Positions 45,797 to 50,748 of a stretch of DNA of 50,748 bases are shown here, in pieces (within the stretch, counting starts at the first letter, position 1; each line of letters begins with the position of its first letter). The notes under the pieces were generated by a model that saw only the letters and a program-made list of their open reading frames with translations, was not told the origin of the DNA and ran no database searches. A program made the position numbers and the translations under genes. The DNA is from Candidatus Aegiribacteria sp. GTDB taxonomy: Bacteria; Fermentibacterota; Fermentibacteria; Fermentibacterales; JCC-6. The stretch spans positions 1 to 50,748 of the forward strand of contig JAWOBF010000038.1 of NCBI GenBank assembly GCA_046498225.1, read 5' to 3'.

Positions 45797-47002
45797 TCAG
45801 CGGCGCGCCAGGAACTCCTTCAGACCTTCCTTCAGTATCATCAGGGCCGAGCGCATCCTGCTTTCCTCCAGCACGTAGGCTATCCTGATCTCGTCCCTTC
45901 CCATTCCCGGCGTGGCGTAGAACCCCGCTGCGGGAGCCACCATTGTGGTCCATCCGTCCATGGTGAAATCCGTCAGCATCCAGGCGGCGAAGTCGTCGGA
46001 ATCCTCCACCGGAAGCCTGATGGTCGCGTAGAACGCCCCCTCCGGCTTGAGGAAGAATATTCCCTCCCTGCCGTGGAGTTCATCCATCAGAATATCACGC
46101 CTGTTCTGGTACATGGATACAACGTCCCTGTAGTACTCCTCCGTGAGGGAATTGTACATCTCAGTGGCGCCGAACTGCGACAGTGTGGGGGGACAAAGGC
46201 GGGCCTGGCCGAACTTCAGGAATACAGCCATCAGCTCCTCGTTGCGGGTGATAAGGTTGCCCAGCCTGGCGCCGCAGGAGCTGAACCGCTTCGAAATGGA
46301 ATCCATTACCACCGCCCGGCCGGAGATGTCCGGGAACTCCAGTATGGATGAGTGCTGCCTGCCGTCGAAGGCGAAGTCCCGGTAGACCTCGTCGGCCAGG
46401 AGGAAGAGGTTGTTCGCGGCGGCGATGTCCGCTATCTCCGCAATCTCGTCATCGGTGAGTATGGTCCCGGTGGGATTGTTCGGGTTGCATATCAGTATGG
46501 CCCTGGTCCTGTCGCTGAGCTTCGACGTTATCTCCTCCGAGGGTGGCAGGTGGAAGCCGTTCTCCACGCTGGAGGTCACCGGCACAAGCTTCACGTCCGC
46601 CAGGGTAGCGAAGCCGTTGTAGTTGGTGTAGAACGGCTCGAAGCAGATTATCTCGTCCCCGGGGTCGCAGGTGCCCATCATGGCGAATATCACCGCTTCG
46701 GAACCTCCGGTGGTTATCATGACCTGTGAGGGGTCCACCGTAATATCGGAGCGGGAGTAGTAGGCGGAGATGGCCTCCCTCAGCTGAGGCAGACCGTTGC
46801 TCGGGCCGTACGCCAGCACGCTGCTCATATTTGACTTCACAGCGTCCCAGAACTCCACGGGTGTTGGAATGTCCGGCTGTCCTATGTTGAGATGGTGTAT
46901 TCCTGTTCCCCTGGTAACGGCGGCAACCGCCAGTGGAGCCAGTTTCCGAATGGGTGATTCCTGTATGCCCTGGCCTCTTCTGCTGATGGTGGGACTGCTC
47001 AT
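45797..47002 (-). CDS. Class I PLP-dependent aminotransferase
   Basis: HLNIGQPD, TGGSEA, NPNNPTG, DEVY, DSISKRFS.CGAR (PLP Lys), P.GAFY. Confidence 0.95.
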   Translation of the reverse strand: MSSPTISRRGQGIQESPIRKLAPLAVAAVTRGTGIHHLNIGQPDIPTPVEFWDAVKSNMSSVLAYGPSNGLPQLREAISAYYSRSDITVDPSQVMITTGGSEAVIFAMMGTCDPGDEIICFEPFYTNYNGFATLADVKLVPVTSSVENGFHLPPSEEITSKLSDRTRAILICNPNNPTGTILTDDEIAEIADIAAANNLFLLADEVYRDFAFDGRQHSSILEFPDISGRAVVMDSISKRFSSCGARLGNLITRNEELMAVFLKFGQARLCPPTLSQFGATEMYNSLTEEYYRDVVSMYQNRRDILMDELHGREGIFFLKPEGAFYATIRLPVEDSDDFAAWMLTDFTMDGWTTMVAPAAGFYATPGMGRDEIRIAYVLEESRMRSALMILKEGLKEFLARR

Positions 47003-47114
47003 TTATGGTTTCCCTTCCTGATCGCCGGTCTGTTTCAATGGACATCCTGATCAATATATTACAACGGGTTTATTATATTACAATACTGTCGCAGTCACCC
47101 GATATGGAGCAGTA

Positions 47115-47918
47115 ATGATCATCAGGCTTGTAGAGATCGGCATCGAGGGCTCGCCGGAAGAGAGCATGGAGAGGTTCCTTCAGGCCGCTGTGATACCGCC
47201 GCTCCCTCATACAGCGGTACTTCCGGAGCTCTTTACAACCGGATACGTTCTGGACCGTATTCCGGACCTCGCCCACGCACCCGGAGAACTCCCCACCCTT
47301 CCTCCGGCGAAAGCTGCGGGCGGGAACTCCATCTGGATGGTGGCCGGAACCCTCCCCGTCGCGGAGGGTGAAAGGGTCCTGAACACCATGGTGGTATACG
47401 GACCGGACGGGGAACCGGCGTATACGACGGAGAAGGTCCACCTGTTCAGGCAGATGGGAGAGGACAGAGCCTTCTCTCCGGGTTCCTGCAGGGGAACCTT
47501 TGATTATGAGGGCATCACGGCGGGGGGGATTGTATGTTACGACCTTCGCTTCCCGGAGCTTTCAAGAAGGCTGGCGCTGTCCGGGGCGGAGATACTATTC
47601 GTTCCCGCTCAGTGGCCCAGCGGAAGGCGGGAGCTGTTTCGGTCCCTCCTCAGGGCCAGGTCGGCGGAGGCCCAGATATTCACCGTGGGCTGCAACCTCG
47701 GGGGCGAGCACCTCGGAGTTCTGTTCAGGGGCGGCGGAGGCGTGGCCCACCCTGGAGGCAAGATGGTCCGTGGAATGGATGTGGCGGAAGGTGTCACCGA
47801 TTACGAGATAGACCTTTCGGAAGTACGGGAGATGCGGAAACGGATAAACTGCCTGGAGGACCGCAGACCGGAGGAATACGGGCTGCTTCTTGAATGGAGA
47901 GATAAAGTTGGCGGATAA
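47115..47918 (+). CDS. Nitrilase/carbon-nitrogen hydrolase (omega-amidase-like)
   Basis: Glu-Lys-Cys triad motifs LPELF, KVHLF, VCYDLRFPEL; L.AR..E.Q. Confidence 0.9.
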   Translation: MIIRLVEIGIEGSPEESMERFLQAAVIPPLPHTAVLPELFTTGYVLDRIPDLAHAPGELPTLPPAKAAGGNSIWMVAGTLPVAEGERVLNTMVVYGPDGEPAYTTEKVHLFRQMGEDRAFSPGSCRGTFDYEGITAGGIVCYDLRFPELSRRLALSGAEILFVPAQWPSGRRELFRSLLRARSAEAQIFTVGCNLGGEHLGVLFRGGGGVAHPGGKMVRGMDVAEGVTDYEIDLSEVREMRKRINCLEDRRPEEYGLLLEWRDKVGG

Positions 47919-49005
47919 CAACAGCGGAAGACTGTTCAGAATGGCAATAGTCCTTCTGGGTATCGTTGCCGCGGGCATGATCCTGAAGAACACCTCGAAC
48001 GTGTTCATTCCTCTCACCGTGGCTTTTTTTCTGATGCTGCTGCTTCAGCCCGTTTCCGACCGCACAGCCCAGCTGGTGGACAGCACCATGGGCAGGGTGA
48101 AGGGACGGTTCGGAAGGGAGCACATCAGCGAAGAATCCAGGCTGGCGGTCTTCTTCTCGGTGATATTGGTCCTGCTTATCTTCATATTCGTCTCCTTCGG
48201 CGTCTACATGCTTATAAGGGGTCAGATATCGCTGATACTCAGCAAGAGCACCAACATCATGGAGAACATAGTGGAGCCCATCAAGCGCTGGATGGTCACC
48301 AGCGGGTTCTTCGGAGACGCCGCAGGTGTGACCGAATACATCAACGACCTGGCGGAGTCGGCCATGAGCATAGCTCCCACTGCCGCCAAGCCCATAATAT
48401 CCGGAGTTTTCACCTTCATGATGATACTCTTCCTCACAACATTCCTGATGATAGGAAGAAGAAGGCTGGAAGAGAACCTGAAGAGCAACCTCAAGGCCTC
48501 CAACTACAGAAGAATACTGCACATCGCCGAAAAGCTGGAGTACAACACTCGTAAATTCATATTCACAAAACTTATAACCAGTTCCATTACAGGTCTGGCA
48601 ATCGGTATCGGCCTGCTGCTCTTCCTCAGCCCTCAGGACGCCCTCATCTGGGGGTCGATATGCTTCGTGATGAACTTCATACCCATATACGGCTCTCTCA
48701 TAGCCGGAGCCGGCGCCGTACTTTATACTATGGCTGTATACCAGCATGGCAGCTTCCTGAACGTCTGGCCGGTGATTATAATCGTGCTGGGCGTGAACAT
48801 CTCGGTCTCCAACGCACTGGAGCCTAAGCTGATGCAGTTCAAGCTGCCCCTGGGCTCGGTCACGGTCCTGCTGGCCGTGATCATCTGGGCCTGGCTTTGG
48901 GGAGCATGGGGAATGATACTCGCCGTGCCCATCACCATACTCATGAAGGTCATGCTGGAGGAGATAAGCGGCAAAGGCTGGATAACCGCAATAATGGAAA
49001 CCTGA
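47908..49005 (+). CDS. AI-2E family transporter
   Basis: Polytopic; NFIP.YG, N.LEP.LM, W..LWG..GMILAVP.T. TTG 47908 follows GGAG (track start 47890). Confidence 0.9.
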   Translation: MADNNSGRLFRMAIVLLGIVAAGMILKNTSNVFIPLTVAFFLMLLLQPVSDRTAQLVDSTMGRVKGRFGREHISEESRLAVFFSVILVLLIFIFVSFGVYMLIRGQISLILSKSTNIMENIVEPIKRWMVTSGFFGDAAGVTEYINDLAESAMSIAPTAAKPIISGVFTFMMILFLTTFLMIGRRRLEENLKSNLKASNYRRILHIAEKLEYNTRKFIFTKLITSSITGLAIGIGLLLFLSPQDALIWGSICFVMNFIPIYGSLIAGAGAVLYTMAVYQHGSFLNVWPVIIIVLGVNISVSNALEPKLMQFKLPLGSVTVLLAVIIWAWLWGAWGMILAVPITILMKVMLEEISGKGWITAIMET

Positions 49006-49048
49006 TAAGTACATGCTCCATATGGACGTGAGATAAGTAGGGATAACA

Positions 49049-50748
49049 ATGAGATTGATTACATGTCTGGCGCTGGTGCTCACGGCTTCACTCGCGCTCG
49101 CCGACAGCATGATAGTGGACTGGGAATCCCCGACGCAGCGCCCGGAGGTCCGTCAGGGCCCGCTGGGTGAATACTTCAGCATGCCGGGGGCCGTAAATAC
49201 GGGTGAACCGGGGGAACCGGCCCTGCCGGTATTCCCCGTGAAGGTGCTTCTGCCTGAGGGCGCAGTGGTAGATGCTGTGGAGCCTCTGTCACAGGTGAGC
49301 GTGGAACTGCCGGGGACATTCGATCTCAAACCCGTTCAGCATGCTGTGCCTTTATCCCTTCCTCACCATTTCACTGTCACCCCCAGGGATGCCGAGGCCT
49401 ATTCAGTCAGAGCGGAACGTCCGCTGGTCGACCCGGTGTCACAGGGATATCTGATGGGCTGCAACATCCTCGATCTGAGGATATCACCCGTGACCTGGGA
49501 TCCGACTACCGGAAGAGCCGACCTCACAACCCTTTTCGCCATGCGCATCGATTATCACATAGAGCCATCCGCTGTCCTTCCCGCCGGAAGGGGGCGGGAG
49601 GGGTCCAGGCTGCTCGAGGACATCATCAGAGGCCAGGTGATGAATCCGGATGATTTTGTCGTAGTACAGCCGGTGCCTTCGCGGGACCTTCCCTGGGGCG
49701 AGTACCTGATAGTCACCAGGGATTCCCTGGTGGAGGTATTCGAGCCTCTGGCCCAGTTCAAGACGATGAAGGGCGTTCCCGCGGCCATCGTGACAATGGA
49801 GTACATTGAATCCAGCTACAGCGGCGTGGACGCCGCCCAGAAACTCCGTTTCTTTCTCAGGGACATTTACGAGGGAACTCCCCCTACATGGATACTCCTT
49901 GGAGGTGACACCCCCCTTGTTCCTCACCGCAACTGCTGGGCCACGGCCGAGGGGTACGTGGATGACCCCGCCGCGGACATCTATTACCAGGACATGAACG
50001 ACCCCCAGGTGGGAACCGATTACTGGGACCATAACGGCAACGGCGTCTGGGGGGAGATAGAGGGCGACACAATGGACTACCACCCGGACTACTTCGTCGG
50101 CAGGGCATCGGTACAGAGTGGCCCGGAAGCGAACATCTTCGTAAACAAGGTCCTGGCCTACGAGCTGCCTCAGCTGGAGGACGGCAGGGATACCGACCCC
50201 TGGTTCACGTCCATGGGTTTCACCACCGGCATACTCTGGAGCAGTCCCTACTGCCCGGGAAGCGCGGGCAAGGAGAAGGTGGACACGCTTTACACACCCG
50301 CCGCCTGGCAGCCGGTGATAAAGCATTACCAGAGCGCGGGCACTCAGAGTTACGAGCTCTCCATGGAGATGCTGAACACGGGAATGCACCTGGTGAACCA
50401 CGCAGGCCACGGAAGTTCGGGCAGCGTCTCCATAGGCAACGGAAGCCTGGGGTCCGGTGATTTCCTGAGCCTGACCAACATCGCGGACCACGGCAGGGTG
50501 TCCATCTGGAACACAATCGCCTGTAACTCCGGCGCTTTCGACACCGGAGGCTGCCTGGCCGAGGCATGGATAAACTCCCCTGAAGGCGGCGGTTTCTGCA
50601 TGATGAACACCAGGTACGGCTGGGGAGAGCCTTCGGAACCGGGTGACCAGTGGAGCGAGCTGGTGGACCAGGAATTCTTCGCGAAGTTCTTCACCGAGGA
50701 CCTCTATCATCTCGGCGTTGCCCACGCCATGGCCTGGGACGAGTTCAT
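49049..50748 (+). CDS. C25 (gingipain-family) cysteine peptidase with propeptide, 3'-truncated
   Basis: Read manually because it is absent from the track: MRLITCLALVLTASLALA signal, GEPALPV propeptide, EYLIVT, LLGGD..LVP, D.YY.D, VGRA, NHAGHG and IACNSG catalytic His/Cys, TRYGW. Confidence 0.92.
   Translation, partial: MRLITCLALVLTASLALADSMIVDWESPTQRPEVRQGPLGEYFSMPGAVNTGEPGEPALPVFPVKVLLPEGAVVDAVEPLSQVSVELPGTFDLKPVQHAVPLSLPHHFTVTPRDAEAYSVRAERPLVDPVSQGYLMGCNILDLRISPVTWDPTTGRADLTTLFAMRIDYHIEPSAVLPAGRGREGSRLLEDIIRGQVMNPDDFVVVQPVPSRDLPWGEYLIVTRDSLVEVFEPLAQFKTMKGVPAAIVTMEYIESSYSGVDAAQKLRFFLRDIYEGTPPTWILLGGDTPLVPHRNCWATAEGYVDDPAADIYYQDMNDPQVGTDYWDHNGNGVWGEIEGDTMDYHPDYFVGRASVQSGPEANIFVNKVLAYELPQLEDGRDTDPWFTSMGFTTGILWSSPYCPGSAGKEKVDTLYTPAAWQPVIKHYQSAGTQSYELSMEMLNTGMHLVNHAGHGSSGSVSIGNGSLGSGDFLSLTNIADHGRVSIWNTIACNSGAFDTGGCLAEAWINSPEGGGFCMMNTRYGWGEPSEPGDQWSELVDQEFFAKFFTEDLYHLGVAHAMAWDEF

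Noticed and set aside
49484..50725. 413-aa minus-strand ORF
   Set aside because: Antisense shadow of the plus-strand C25 peptidase, which carries clear family motifs.
1..50748. CRISPR array, transposase, integrase, prophage, defence system or stop-codon recoding
   Set aside because: No spaced repeats or such protein motifs were seen, and conserved genes end normally at TGA/TAG/TAA with no evident frameshifts.

Overview
Gene-dense, GC-rich (~60%+ by eye) chromosomal segment of a diderm bacterium using the standard code. LptE, a C25 gingipain-like peptidase, a PorV-like barrel and an RRM protein suggest an FCB-group lineage, possibly Ca. Fermentibacterota; this is inference only. Left to right: a low-GC partial ORF next to the 3' end of tRNA-Asn(GTT); an RRM RNA-binding gene with a structured leader; a minus-strand signalling set (GAF-HD-GYP, CHASE2 adenylate cyclase, SH3 protein, M48 protease, glutaminyl cyclase) interrupted by a plus-strand pair (PQQ-repeat surface protein and beta-barrel); a ~20 kb co-directional envelope run (der, plsY, wzm/wzt, two GT-C transferases, YdjC/HpnK deacetylase, GT9, HpnJ-like B12 radical SAM, GT2, WcaJ-like and WecA-like initiators, a CBM48/MalK insert, giant O-antigen ligase); the rimP-nusA-infB-rbfA-truB-ribF-rpsO-pnp-dut operon; lptE, dipeptidase, apbE-amrS-NusG-II; a divergent aminotransferase/nitrilase pair; an AI-2E transporter; and a truncated C25 peptidase. 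The best novelty candidate is an HpnI/J/K-like sugar ring-contraction set placed with ArnT-like transferases in an LPS/O-glycan locus. No CRISPR, rRNA, transposase or integrase was seen. All family calls are from motif recognition, not database searches.
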